A stretch of DNA of 64,000 nucleotides from NCBI GenBank assembly GCA_035255045.1, contig DATFAA010000034.1:26435-90434 (forward strand), written 5' to 3'. The notes below the pieces were generated by a model, which was not told where the DNA came from, did not search any database, and saw only the letters and a program-made list of their open reading frames with translations. Position numbers and translations under genes: made by a program. The stretch is from Rhodocyclaceae bacterium. GTDB taxonomy: Bacteria; Pseudomonadota; Gammaproteobacteria; Burkholderiales; Rhodocyclaceae. This document shows, in pieces, positions 38,245-47,592 of this stretch. Positions within the stretch are counted from its first letter, which is position 1. The number at the start of each line of letters is the position of its first letter.

Positions 38245-40578
38245 ATGTCCAGTGTTACCACCGGAGCCCCTCCCCTGAGCCAGACCCTCGTGAACTCCCT
38301 GCCCGACGTGAACCAGGCCGGTACTTCCACCCCGACGAGGGCCGTTGCTTCCCATTGGTCCGTGCGCACCCTCCTGATCTGGCTGGTCCTCGCCTGCCTG
38401 CTTCCCGGCATCCTCGGCGCCGTGGCCTTGTTCTTCTACGAGTACCGGGAGGGCCGCGCCCAGCTGGAAAAGGACACCATCCAGACGGCCCGGGCCCTGG
38501 TCCAGGCGGTGGATAACCAGATCCTGCAGGCCCAGGCCCTGGCCGAGGGGCTGGCCAGTGCCGACTCCCTGGCCGAGGGCGAACTCGCCAAGTTCCACGA
38601 GCAGGCGCGCCGGACCCTGGCGGAGTCCCATCTGGGGATCACCGTGGTCCTGGCGGATCGCCTGGGGCAGCAGATTCTCAATGCGGCGGAGAATTTCGGC
38701 GCTTCCCTGCCGCCCTACGGCGCGGCTGACATCGCCAACCGGGTGTTCGAGACCGGCGAGCCGGCGGTTTCCAACCTCTACCGCGGGCGGGTGCTGAAGC
38801 GCCCGCTCATCGCCGTCGCCGTGCCCGTCACCCAGGAGGGCAAGGTGATCTATGCCCTGGCCATCAGCGTCCTGCCGGAACGGTTCAACGGCATCCTGAG
38901 CACCCAGGGCCTGCCCCCCGGCTGGGTCGCCACCATCCTGGACGGCAAGGGCACCATCGTTGCCCGCAGCCGCGCCGCGGAAGAGTACGTCGGCCAGAAG
39001 CCGGCGGACGCCTTCCTCCGGCAGTTCATGGAGTCCGACGAGGGGGTCATGGAGGCCACCATGAAGGACGGTGTTCCCGTCATTTCGGCCTACAGCCGTT
39101 CCGCCGTCACCAACTGGCGGGTGGCGATCTCCATACCCAGGGACAGCCTTTCCGACCAGCTGGTTCGCCGGCTCTTCCTGCTGGCCTTGGGGGTCAGCGC
39201 CCTGTTCGCCATCGGCATCGGGTTGGCGTGGCTCATGGGCGGCAGGATCGCCGGCTCCTTCCGGGGGCTGGTGCGTCCGGCTGCCGCGGTTGGGGCCGGC
39301 GAGAAATTCGTGGCGCCGCCGGCGACGGTCCGGGAGGCCGACGAACTGGCCAAAGCCATGGCCAGGGCCGCCGACCTCCTGCAGGAGCGCACCGCCCGGC
39401 TCCAGGACATCAACCGCTCCCTGATCGAGAAGGAGCGGGAGCTGAACGAGGCCCACAGCCTGGCCAAATTCGGCAGCTGGCACTGGGACCTCCAGACCGC
39501 CGAGGTCATCGCCTCCGATTCCATCCGTGAGCTTTGCGGGCGCGACATTCCGCCCTTCGCGGAACAGCGGGGAACCCTGCTCACCGTCGAATCCTGGGAG
39601 CGGGCCGCCGAGGCCGTCCGCCATGTGGCCGAGACGGGAGGCTTCGACCTGGACGTGGAGGTGAACCACGGCAGCGGCGGCACCCTCTGGATCAACGCCA
39701 AGGGGGCCGCGATCCGGGACGCCGCCGGCCGGGTGGTCGCCCTGCGGGGAACGGTCCTGGACATCACCGATCGCAAGCGGGCCGAGACCGAGATCCAGCG
39801 CCTCAACGCCGAGCTGGAGCAGCAGGTGCAGGAAAGGACCGCCGAACTGCGGCGGGCCAACGACGCCCTGCTCCACACCAACGCCGAGCTCCAGCACTTC
39901 GCCCACGCCACCGCCCACGACCTGCAGACTCCCCTGCGCTCCATCGCCGGCTTCACTCACCTGGTGCAGCAGGAAGTCCACGGCCGGGTGGACCGGCGGG
40001 TGGACGAGTGGTCCGCCCTGGTCATCGACAACACCAAGCGCCTGCAGGACCTCATCCAGGCCCTCCTCACCTACACCCGGCTGGATGTCCTGGGGCGGCC
40101 CTTCGAGCGGGTGGATGCAAGGAAGGTGTTCGACGAGGTGGCGGCTTCCCTGGCGGTGCTGATCGGGGAAACCGGCGCCGAGGTCAGCTGCGGCGAGCTG
40201 CCGACGGTGGCGGCGGACCGCACCCAGCTCGCCCAGGTGCTGCAGAAGCTGGTGGAGAACGGCATCAAGTACAACAAGTCGGAGCCGCCCCGGGTGACGG
40301 TGGACTGCTCGCGCCAGGAGGACGACTGGGTGTTCTCGGTGGCGGACAACGGCATCGGCATCGATCCCCGCCACCACGAGCGCATCTTCGAGATATTCCG
40401 CCGCCTCCACAGCTATTCCCAGGTGCCGGGGACGGGCATCGGCCTCGCCCTCTGCCGGCGCATCGTCGAGCGCCACGGCGGCCGCATGTGGGTGGAGTCG
40501 GCGCCGGGGCAGGGCAGCGTCTTCTATTTTTCCCTGCCCGTCAGCACTGACGTGGCCGCTACCCCTACGGCCGGTTGA
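38245..40578 (+). CDS. Cache-domain / PAS sensor histidine kinase (Cph1-type kinase core)
   Basis: I take the start at MSSVTTG. An upstream in-frame ATG would overlap the divergent CE4 start. A TM segment, a ~280-aa periplasmic Cache-like domain and a second TM segment are followed by PAS, FAHATAHDLQTPLRSI and HATPase. Confidence 0.85.
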   Translation: MSSVTTGAPPLSQTLVNSLPDVNQAGTSTPTRAVASHWSVRTLLIWLVLACLLPGILGAVALFFYEYREGRAQLEKDTIQTARALVQAVDNQILQAQALAEGLASADSLAEGELAKFHEQARRTLAESHLGITVVLADRLGQQILNAAENFGASLPPYGAADIANRVFETGEPAVSNLYRGRVLKRPLIAVAVPVTQEGKVIYALAISVLPERFNGILSTQGLPPGWVATILDGKGTIVARSRAAEEYVGQKPADAFLRQFMESDEGVMEATMKDGVPVISAYSRSAVTNWRVAISIPRDSLSDQLVRRLFLLALGVSALFAIGIGLAWLMGGRIAGSFRGLVRPAAAVGAGEKFVAPPATVREADELAKAMARAADLLQERTARLQDINRSLIEKERELNEAHSLAKFGSWHWDLQTAEVIASDSIRELCGRDIPPFAEQRGTLLTVESWERAAEAVRHVAETGGFDLDVEVNHGSGGTLWINAKGAAIRDAAGRVVALRGTVLDITDRKRAETEIQRLNAELEQQVQERTAELRRANDALLHTNAELQHFAHATAHDLQTPLRSIAGFTHLVQQEVHGRVDRRVDEWSALVIDNTKRLQDLIQALLTYTRLDVLGRPFERVDARKVFDEVAASLAVLIGETGAEVSCGELPTVAADRTQLAQVLQKLVENGIKYNKSEPPRVTVDCSRQEDDWVFSVADNGIGIDPRHHERIFEIFRRLHSYSQVPGTGIGLALCRRIVERHGGRMWVESAPGQGSVFYFSLPVSTDVAATPTAG

Positions 40579-41461
40579 GCCACTCCTCCAGGAACTCGAC
40601 GCACACCCGCACCTTGGCGGAAGTGGACAGGCGGGAGGGATAGACCGCCCAGACGTCGGCTTCCTGGGCGTACTCGGGCAGGACCCGGACGAGTTCGCCG
40701 CTTTCCATGCTCGGTCCCACGTCCCAGATGGAGCGCAGGATGATGCCGTGGCCGTCGATGGCCCAGCGGTGCACGATCTCGCCGTTGTTGGCGGAGAGGG
40801 GGCCGTTGATCTTTACCGTCTCCAGGCCGTCGGGGCCCTTGAGGCTCCAGCGCCCGAAGTCCTGGTCCCGTTCCCGGATGACGATGCAGCGGTGCCGTGC
40901 CAGCTCCTCCAGGGTGGCCGGGGTGCCCCAGCGCGCCAGGTAGGCGGGGGAGGCGCACAGCACCCGGCGATTGCCGGCGATGCGCCGGGTGATCAGGTTG
41001 GGCTCGCGCACGGCGCCGACCCGGATGTCGAGCTGGAAGCCTTCCCCCACCAGGTCCACCGGACGGTCCAGCAATTCGAGCTGGATTTCCAGGTCCGGGT
41101 AGCGCAGGGCCAGGGCCGACAGGGCCGGGGCCACCCGGTTGCGGCCGAAGCCCGAGCTGGTGCACAGCCGCAGCAGGCCGCTGGGGGCCGCCCGGGCGGT
41201 GGACACCGCCTCGGTCATCTGGTCCACGTCCTCCAGGATGCGCTGGGCCCACTGGTGCACGATGTCCCCCTGCTCGGTGACGGTGACGCTGCGGGTGGTG
41301 CGGTGCAGGAGCTTCACCTGCAGGGCCTCCTCCAGGAGGTTGATGCGCTTGCTGACGAAGGCCTTGGACATCCCCTGGTCCCGGGCGCAGGCGGCGAAGC
41401 CGTGGTTCCTGACCACGGCGCAGTAGAGGCGGAGGTCTTCGAGGAGGGGCTTATTGTTCAC
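40565..41461 (-). CDS. LysR-family transcriptional regulator (DmlR-like, divergent from the D-malate/tartrate dehydrogenase gene)
   Basis: The LysR HTH is LRLYCAVVRNHGFAACARDQGMSKAFVSKRINLLEE, followed by a LysR substrate-binding domain. Confidence 0.9.
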   Translation of the reverse strand: MNNKPLLEDLRLYCAVVRNHGFAACARDQGMSKAFVSKRINLLEEALQVKLLHRTTRSVTVTEQGDIVHQWAQRILEDVDQMTEAVSTARAAPSGLLRLCTSSGFGRNRVAPALSALALRYPDLEIQLELLDRPVDLVGEGFQLDIRVGAVREPNLITRRIAGNRRVLCASPAYLARWGTPATLEELARHRCIVIRERDQDFGRWSLKGPDGLETVKINGPLSANNGEIVHRWAIDGHGIILRSIWDVGPSMESGELVRVLPEYAQEADVWAVYPSRLSTSAKVRVCVEFLEEWLNRP

Positions 41462-41529
41462 GATCTGTGGCCATTGGTGTCACGGATCGGGTGATTGTAC
41501 CGAGAAGTCGTTGCTTTATTCTTGCCCGA

Positions 41530-41546
41530 GGCATTCCGCGAATGCC
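41530..41546. promoter_or_regulatory. candidate LysR-type binding site
   Basis: Perfect 7-bp inverted repeat GGCATTC-CGC-GAATGCC in the divergent intergenic region, about 30 bp upstream of the dehydrogenase ATG. Confidence 0.35.
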
Positions 41547-41574
41547 ATTACCCCGAGCCATTGAGAGAACAAGG

Positions 41575-42651
41575 ATGAAAGCACACAGAATCGCCGTCAT
41601 CGCCGGTGACGGCATCGGCAACGAAGTCATGCCCGAGGGCCTGCGGGTGGTGGAAGCCGCCGCCCGCAAATTCAACATTCCCCTCGAGTTCACCACCTTC
41701 GACTGGGCCCACTGCGACTACTACCTGAAGCACGGGCGGATGATGCCCGCCGACTGGTTCGAGCAGCTCAAGGGCTTCGACGCCATCTACTTCGGCGCCG
41801 TCGGCTGGCCGGAAAAGGTACCCGACCACATCTCCCTGTGGGGCTCGCTCCTCAGGTTCCGCCGCGACTTCGACCAGTACGCGAACCTGCGCCCGGTCCG
41901 CCTCATGCCCGGGGTGCCGTGCCCCCTGGCCAACCGCCAGGTCGGCGACATCGACTTCTACGTGGTGCGAGAGAACACCGAGGGCGAGTACTCGGCCATC
42001 GGCGGCCGCCTGTTCGAGGGCACCGAGCGGGAGACCGTGCTGCAGGAATCCGTGTTCACCCGCAAGGGGGTGGACCGCATCCTGAAATACGCCTTCGACC
42101 TGGCCCAGAAGCGCCCCAAGAAGCACCTCACCTCCGCCACCAAGTCCAACGGCATGGCCATCAGCATGCCCTACTGGGACGAGCGGGTGGAGGCCATGGC
42201 CGCCTCCTACCCGGACGTGCGCTGGGACAAGTACCACATCGACATCCTCACCGCCCGCTTCGTCCTCAGCCCCGAGCGTTTCGACGTGGTGGTGGCCTCC
42301 AACCTGTTCGGCGACATCCTCTCCGACCTGGGCCCCGCCTGCGCCGGCACCATCGCCATCGCCCCCTCGGCCAACCTCAACCCGGACCGCAGCTTCCCGT
42401 CCCTGTTCGAGCCGGTGCACGGCTCCGCCCCGGACATCTACGGCAAGAACATCGCCAACCCCATCGGCATGATCTGGTCCGGGGCCATGATGCTGGACTT
42501 CCTGGGCAACGGCGAGGCGCGCTACACGGCCGCCCACGACGCCATCGTCGACGCCATCGAGACCGCCCTGGCCACCGGCCCGCGCACCCCGGACATGGGC
42601 GGCACGGCCAATACCGCCGATGTCGGGAAGGCCATCGCCGCCGCCCTCTGA
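41575..42651 (+). CDS. dmlA: tartrate dehydrogenase/decarboxylase / D-malate dehydrogenase (decarboxylating)
   Basis: IAVIAGDGIGNEVMPEG...AIYFGAVGWPEKVPDHISLWGSLL.FRR.FDQYANLRPVRL...VVRENTEGEYS...SNLFGDILSDLGPA is near-colinear with E. coli DmlA/YeaU, from memory. Confidence 0.9.
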   Translation: MKAHRIAVIAGDGIGNEVMPEGLRVVEAAARKFNIPLEFTTFDWAHCDYYLKHGRMMPADWFEQLKGFDAIYFGAVGWPEKVPDHISLWGSLLRFRRDFDQYANLRPVRLMPGVPCPLANRQVGDIDFYVVRENTEGEYSAIGGRLFEGTERETVLQESVFTRKGVDRILKYAFDLAQKRPKKHLTSATKSNGMAISMPYWDERVEAMAASYPDVRWDKYHIDILTARFVLSPERFDVVVASNLFGDILSDLGPACAGTIAIAPSANLNPDRSFPSLFEPVHGSAPDIYGKNIANPIGMIWSGAMMLDFLGNGEARYTAAHDAIVDAIETALATGPRTPDMGGTANTADVGKAIAAAL

Positions 42652-42676
42652 CCACCAATAACCACAGGAGACAACC

Positions 42677-43678
42677 ATGAAACTCAAAAGCTGGATTCTC
42701 GCCATCTCCGCCTGCGTCGTGGCCGCCACCGCCTGGGCCGACCCCATCGTCATCAAGTTCAGCCACGTGGTGGCGGTGAACACCCCCAAGGGCCAGGCGG
42801 CGGAGTACTTCAAGAAGCTGGCCGAGGAGCGCACCAAGGGCCGCGTCCAGGTGCAGATCTACCCCAACAGCCAGCTCTACAAGGACAAGGAGGAGCTGGA
42901 GGGCCTGCAGATGGGGACGGTGCAGATGCTGGCGCCGACCTTCTCCAAGTTCGGCCCCCTGGGCATCCGGGAATTCGAGGTCTTCGACCTGCCCTACCTG
43001 TTCGACAACCTGGAGGAGGCCCGCCGGGTCACCCAGGGCCCCATCGGCCAGAACCTGCTGGCCAAGCTCTCCAGCCGGGGTGTCGCCGGCCTTGCCTTCT
43101 GGGACAACGCCTTCAAGCAGATGACCGCCAACGTCCCCCTGCGCAAGCCGGAGGACTTCCGCGGCCTGAAGCTGCGCATCCAGTCCTCCAAGGTGCTCGA
43201 CTCCCAGATGCGGGCCCTGGGCGCCATGCCCCAGGTGATGGCCTTCTCCGAGGTGTACCAGGCCCTGCAGACCGGGGTGGTGGACGGCCAGGAGAATCCC
43301 GGCTCCAACATCTACACCCAGCGCTTCCACGAGGTCCAGAAGTACCTGACCATGACCGACCACGGGTACCACGGCTACGTCCTCATCGCCAACAAGAAGT
43401 TCTGGGACGGCTTGCCCCCCGACATCCGGCAGATCCTGGACGGCGCCGTCAAGGAGACCACCGAGTTCTTCTACAAGGAAGCCCAGAAGGACGAGCAGGA
43501 TTCCCTGGCCCGTATCAAGGCCTCCGGCAAGACCCAGTTCGTCACCCTCACCCCCGACGAGAAGCTGGCCCTGAAGCGGGCCCTCATCAAGGTGCACCGG
43601 GAATTCGAGCCCAAGGTCGGCAAGGAGCTGATCGAAGCCATCTACCGGGAAACCAACTTCGACCCCAACAAGCTGTAA
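42677..43678 (+). CDS. dctP: TRAP-transporter substrate-binding protein, DctP family (no adjacent DctQM)
   Basis: Signal peptide, then PIVIKFSHVVAVNTPKGQAAEYFKKLAEERTKGRVQVQIYPNSQLY..., as in C4-dicarboxylate DctP. Confidence 0.9.
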   Translation: MKLKSWILAISACVVAATAWADPIVIKFSHVVAVNTPKGQAAEYFKKLAEERTKGRVQVQIYPNSQLYKDKEELEGLQMGTVQMLAPTFSKFGPLGIREFEVFDLPYLFDNLEEARRVTQGPIGQNLLAKLSSRGVAGLAFWDNAFKQMTANVPLRKPEDFRGLKLRIQSSKVLDSQMRALGAMPQVMAFSEVYQALQTGVVDGQENPGSNIYTQRFHEVQKYLTMTDHGYHGYVLIANKKFWDGLPPDIRQILDGAVKETTEFFYKEAQKDEQDSLARIKASGKTQFVTLTPDEKLALKRALIKVHREFEPKVGKELIEAIYRETNFDPNKL

Positions 43679-43697
43679 GGGGCGCAAGGCTGCGGAC

Positions 43698-43727
43698 AGA
43701 GGCCGGGGCGGGTCCCCGGCCTCTTTT
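43698..43727 (+). terminator. Rho-independent terminator of dctP
   Basis: AGAGGCCGGGG-CGGGT-CCCCGGCCTCT followed by TTTT. Confidence 0.8.
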
Positions 43728-43752
43728 CATTCGGGAGCCGCGGAGGGAAGCC

Positions 43753-43828
43753 GGGAAATCCCTGAGGGAAATCCACAATTTCCCGACTATTCCGGTCGGG
43801 ATAGAGTGGCGGCCGACCGGGAAATTCC
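43753..43828. repeat. cluster of four GGGAAAT(C/T)C motifs (three direct, one inverted) upstream of the permease gene
   Basis: GGGAAATCC at 43753 and 43766, inverted ATTTCCC at 43778, and GGGAAATTCC at 43819. Confidence 0.5.
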
Positions 43829-43925
43829 GGCAGCCCGGATGGGCCATGCAATAATCCGCTACCCCGGAAGATTGCCGCCCCGGGTGACAACCAGAACAAC
43901 CATCCACACTCGCTCTCTGCCAGCC

Positions 43926-45248
43926 ATGACGCCCGTCCTTCGCCTTGCCGCCTTCTGCCTCAGCTTCGCCGCCGCGCCGGCCTTCGCCGCCGATTCGTTG
44001 CCCATGGTGGCGGGCATTCCGGTGGATTTCATCCTCTTCGCCCTGACCCTGCTGGGGGTGGCACTCTTCCACAACTACACCCTCTACGTGGCCCTCACCG
44101 GCCTCGTCACCGTCACCCTCTACAAGCTCGCCTTCACCGGCTTCAAGACCGGCGCCGGGCTGGCCGGCCTGGCCGGCCACCTGGGCCACGAGTGGGTGAC
44201 CCTGGCCAACCTCTTCTGCCTCCTCACGGGCTTCGCCATCCTGGCCCGTCACTTCGAGAAGAGCCACGTGCCGGTGGTGCTGCCCAAGTTCCTGCCCGAC
44301 GACTGGAAGGGCTGCTTCGTGCTGCTGGTGATGGTCTTCGTCATCTCGTCCTTCCTGGACAACATCGCTGCCGCCCTCATCGGCGGCGCCATGGCCCACC
44401 AGCTCTTCAAGGCCCGGGTCCACATCGGCTACCTGGCCGCCATCGTCGCCGCCTCCAACGCCGGCGGCTCGGGCTCGGTGGTGGGGGACACCACCACCAC
44501 CATGATGTGGATCGACGGCATCAGCCCGGCCATCGTCCTCGACGCCTACGTGGCGGCCGGGGTGGCGCTCCTCATCACCGGCTACTTCGCCGCCAAGCAG
44601 CAGCACGCCTACTCCCCGATCCTCAAGCACGCCCACGACCACACCCATGTGGACTGGGGCCGCATCTTCATCGTCGGCACCATGCTGGTGTTCGCCATCG
44701 CCGCCAACGTCACCATCAACGTGAACGCCCCCGAGCTGGCGGACCACTTCCCCTTCATCGGCGTCGCCGTCTGGGCCGCCATCCTCCTCACCATCCCGGT
44801 GCGCCGCCACGATTGGGAAGTGCTGCCGGACACGGTCAAGGGCTCCATCTTCCTGCTCTCCCTGGTGACCATCGCCTCCATGATGCCGGTGGAGACCCTG
44901 CCCCAGGCTTCCTGGCAGAGCGCCATGGCTCTGGGCTTCGTCTCCGCCGTCTTCGACAACATCCCCCTCACCGCCCTGGCCTTGCGCCAGGGGGGCTACG
45001 ACTGGGGCTTCCTGGCCTATGCCGTGGGCTTCGGCGGCTCCATGCTGTGGTTCGGCTCCTCCGCCGGGGTGGCCCTGTCCAACATGTACCCGGAGGCCAA
45101 GTCCGCCGGCAAATGGCTCCGCCACGGCTGGCACGTCACCGCCGCCTACGTGGTCGGCTTCCTGGTGATGCTGGCGGTCCTCGGCTGGCATCCCGACGCC
45201 GGCCACAAGGAGCCGGCCCAGCCGGCCCAGGCTGCCGCGGCCCACTGA
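43926..45248 (+). CDS. ion-transporter-superfamily permease (NhaD / ArsB / citrate-transporter-like)
   Basis: 440 aa, about 11-12 TM segments. SSFLDNIAAALIGG and SAVFDNIPLTALAL are duplicated hairpin motifs typical of the NhaD/ArsB-type IT superfamily. Confidence 0.75.
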   Translation: MTPVLRLAAFCLSFAAAPAFAADSLPMVAGIPVDFILFALTLLGVALFHNYTLYVALTGLVTVTLYKLAFTGFKTGAGLAGLAGHLGHEWVTLANLFCLLTGFAILARHFEKSHVPVVLPKFLPDDWKGCFVLLVMVFVISSFLDNIAAALIGGAMAHQLFKARVHIGYLAAIVAASNAGGSGSVVGDTTTTMMWIDGISPAIVLDAYVAAGVALLITGYFAAKQQHAYSPILKHAHDHTHVDWGRIFIVGTMLVFAIAANVTINVNAPELADHFPFIGVAVWAAILLTIPVRRHDWEVLPDTVKGSIFLLSLVTIASMMPVETLPQASWQSAMALGFVSAVFDNIPLTALALRQGGYDWGFLAYAVGFGGSMLWFGSSAGVALSNMYPEAKSAGKWLRHGWHVTAAYVVGFLVMLAVLGWHPDAGHKEPAQPAQAAAAH

Positions 45249-45267
45249 GCGGCGCGGGCCCCCGAAG

Positions 45268-45300
45268 GCGAGCCATCCCGGGATGGCTCGCTTTTTTTTT
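45268..45300 (+). terminator. Rho-independent terminator of the permease gene
   Basis: GCGAGCCATCC-CG-GGATGGCTCGC followed by T9. Confidence 0.85.
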
Positions 45301-45362
45301 CGCCCGCCGCCGGGGCCGCCGGCCGGTGGTTTTTAGAGGTTTTTTATACCGTCTCGGATAGG

Positions 45363-46877
45363 ATGCCTTCCCAAGTCAAAGCAACCCCTCGGCACCGGAT
45401 TCCACTCGTGCGCATTCGCGACTATGTGCCGGCCTTACTGGCCAGCATCGGACTCACCCTGGTCGTGGCCCCCCTGCGGGCCCTCCTCGACCTGTCCAAC
45501 GTCGCGCTCCTCTATGTCCTGGTGGTGGTCCTCAGCGGCGCCCGCTACGGCCGCGGCCCGGCGCTCCTCGCCGCCCTGGCGGGCTCGCTCCTCTACGCCT
45601 ACGTCTTCGTCCCGCCCCACTTCTCCCTGGCCATCACCGAGATCCAGTACCTCCTTTCGGCCCTCATCCTCTTCGTGGTGGCCCTGCTGGTGGGGCACCT
45701 CACCGCCTCCCTCAAGGGCCGGGCCGAGGAGATTCAGGCCAAGGAGAAGCATTCACGGGCCCTCTACGACCTGGCCCGCCGCCTCACCGCCACCTTGACC
45801 CACGAGGAGGTGGAGGAAACGGCGGGGCGCTTCCTGGGCGAGGTCCTCCAGGCGACCGAGGCCCGCCTCATCGCCGAGGCCGACTTTCCCCATCCCCCCA
45901 GGCCGGCTTCCCCCGCCATCCTGCACGCGGCCGTCGAGCGGGGCGAGCCCCTGGTGGTGCCCGACCCGGCGCGGAAACTGACCATGGTCCTGCTGCCCCT
46001 GCAGGGCTCCGCCGGCTCCCGCATCGTCCTGGGCTTCGAGATCACGCCGTCGGTGGCCTGCCTCGAATCCACCTGGGGGCTCCTCAAGACCGTCGCCTCG
46101 GTGGTGGCGGTGGCCCTGGAGCGGGCCCATTTCGCCCAGGTGGCCCGGGAGACCGAGGTCAGGATGTCGGCGGAGGCCCTGCGCAATTCCATCCTGTCGG
46201 CCCTCTCCCACGACCTGCGCACCCCCCTCACCGCCCTGGTCGGCATGGCCGACACCCTGACCCTGGGCAAGGCCACCCCAGAGCGCCAGCAGGCCATGCT
46301 CCACGCCCTGCGCGGCCAGGCCCTGGCCATCAGCCAGCAGGTCACCAACCTCCTGGACATGGCCCGCCTGCGCTCCGGCGCCATCGAACTGAACGAGGCC
46401 TGGCAGCCGGTGGAGGAGGTGGTCGGCGCCACCGTCCAGCTCGTGAAGAGCCAGTGGAGCGACCGGGAGATCAACGTCGATATCCCGATGGGGCTGCCGC
46501 CCCTGCGCTTCGACGCGGTGCTCATCGAGCGGGTGCTGTGGAATCTCCTGGAGAACGCCATCAAGTACTCGCCGGCGGAGATGCCGGTGGACATCGTGGT
46601 GCGCCCTGCCGGCGACCAGGTGGATGTGATGGTCTGCGACCGCGGCCCCGGCCTGCCTCCGGGTGGCGTCGACGAGCTGTTCGGGCTCTTCCGCCGCGGC
46701 CAGGTGGAGTCGACCATCCCCGGCGTCGGCCTCGGGCTGGCCATCGCCCGCACCATCGCCGAGGCCCACGGCGGCCAGATCCTGGCGGACAGCCGGCCCG
46801 GCGGCGGCGCCTGCTTCCGGCTGCGCCTGCCGGTGGGCTCGCCCCCCAGCCTGGAAGACCTGGAGGAGACGGCGTGA
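45363..46877 (+). CDS. KdpD-like sensor histidine kinase lacking the N-terminal KdpD/Usp module (DUF4118-GAF-HisKA-HATPase)
   Basis: It begins directly at the 4-TM DUF4118 region (LLASIGLTLVVAPLRALLDLSNVALLYVLVVVL...). A GAF-like linker, HisKA (LSALSHDLRTPLTAL) and HATPase follow. Confidence 0.85.
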   Translation: MPSQVKATPRHRIPLVRIRDYVPALLASIGLTLVVAPLRALLDLSNVALLYVLVVVLSGARYGRGPALLAALAGSLLYAYVFVPPHFSLAITEIQYLLSALILFVVALLVGHLTASLKGRAEEIQAKEKHSRALYDLARRLTATLTHEEVEETAGRFLGEVLQATEARLIAEADFPHPPRPASPAILHAAVERGEPLVVPDPARKLTMVLLPLQGSAGSRIVLGFEITPSVACLESTWGLLKTVASVVAVALERAHFAQVARETEVRMSAEALRNSILSALSHDLRTPLTALVGMADTLTLGKATPERQQAMLHALRGQALAISQQVTNLLDMARLRSGAIELNEAWQPVEEVVGATVQLVKSQWSDREINVDIPMGLPPLRFDAVLIERVLWNLLENAIKYSPAEMPVDIVVRPAGDQVDVMVCDRGPGLPPGGVDELFGLFRRGQVESTIPGVGLGLAIARTIAEAHGGQILADSRPGGGACFRLRLPVGSPPSLEDLEETA

Positions 46878-47563
46878 GCGAAGAGCAGACCATCCTCCTG
46901 GTGGAAGACGACCGGCCCATCCGGGAATTCGTGGCCTCCGCCCTGGAAGGGGAGGGCTACCGCATCGTCGAGGCCGGCACCGCCGCCCACGCCGCCGTCG
47001 AGGCCGGGGCCCGGCGCCCCGACCTGGTGGTGCTGGACCTGGGCCTGCCGGATCGGGACGGCATCGACTTCATCCGCGACTACCGGGCCTGGTCCGCCAT
47101 CCCCATCCTCATCCTCTCGGCCCGGGCTCAGGAGGCCAACAAGGTGGCCGCCCTCGATGCCGGCGCCGACGACTACCTGACCAAGCCCTTCGGGGTGGCC
47201 GAGCTGCTGGCCCGGGTGCGGGCCCTGCTGCGCCGCCGCCAGGCCGACCGGGACGCCCCCGAGCCGGTCATCCGCTTCGGCGACATCGCCGTCGACTGCG
47301 TGCGGCGGGTGGTGGAGCGCCGGGGCGAGCCCCTGCACCTGACCCAGATCGAATACCGCCTGCTGCTTTTCCTGGCCTCCAACCCCGGCCGGGTGCTGAC
47401 ACATCGCCAGCTCCTCCTCCAGGTCTGGGGCGGGCGGGGAGTGGAAAACCACCAGTACCTGCGGGTCTATGTGGGCCACCTGCGCCAGAAGATCGAAGAC
47501 AACCCAACCCAGCCGCGCCACATCCTGACGGAGATCGGCGTCGGCTACCGCTTTCAACCCTGA
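46874..47563 (+). CDS. kdpE: OmpR-family response regulator, KdpE-like
   Basis: GTG start in a GTGA overlap with the kinase. ILLVEDDRPIREF...PDLVVLDLGLPDRDGIDFIRDYRAWSAIPILILSAR...AALDAGADDYLTKPFG...HLRQKIEDNPTQPRHILTEIGVGYRF is near-colinear with E. coli KdpE, from memory. Confidence 0.85.
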   Translation: MSEEQTILLVEDDRPIREFVASALEGEGYRIVEAGTAAHAAVEAGARRPDLVVLDLGLPDRDGIDFIRDYRAWSAIPILILSARAQEANKVAALDAGADDYLTKPFGVAELLARVRALLRRRQADRDAPEPVIRFGDIAVDCVRRVVERRGEPLHLTQIEYRLLLFLASNPGRVLTHRQLLLQVWGGRGVENHQYLRVYVGHLRQKIEDNPTQPRHILTEIGVGYRFQP

Positions 47564-47592
47564 TCCATCCCACCCAAGCGTCGCCAGCCACC

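Noticed and set aside
36094-40476. 1460-aa minus-strand ORF, the longest in the track
   Set aside because: Only the last 410 aa (from the Met at 37326) look like a real protein, with a signal peptide and a GH-like domain. The upstream ~1050 aa are Pro/Arg/Gly/Ala-rich read-through antisense to the Cache-PAS kinase and overlapping the CE4 gene. This is a typical high-GC open-frame artefact.
43728-43925. Cation (Na+/Li+) riboswitch in the leader of the NhaD-like permease
   Set aside because: The idea is attractive because of the long leader. I cannot recall or match the consensus of the relevant RNA motifs, and I see only the GGGAAAT repeats. These are reported as a repeat or regulatory cluster instead.
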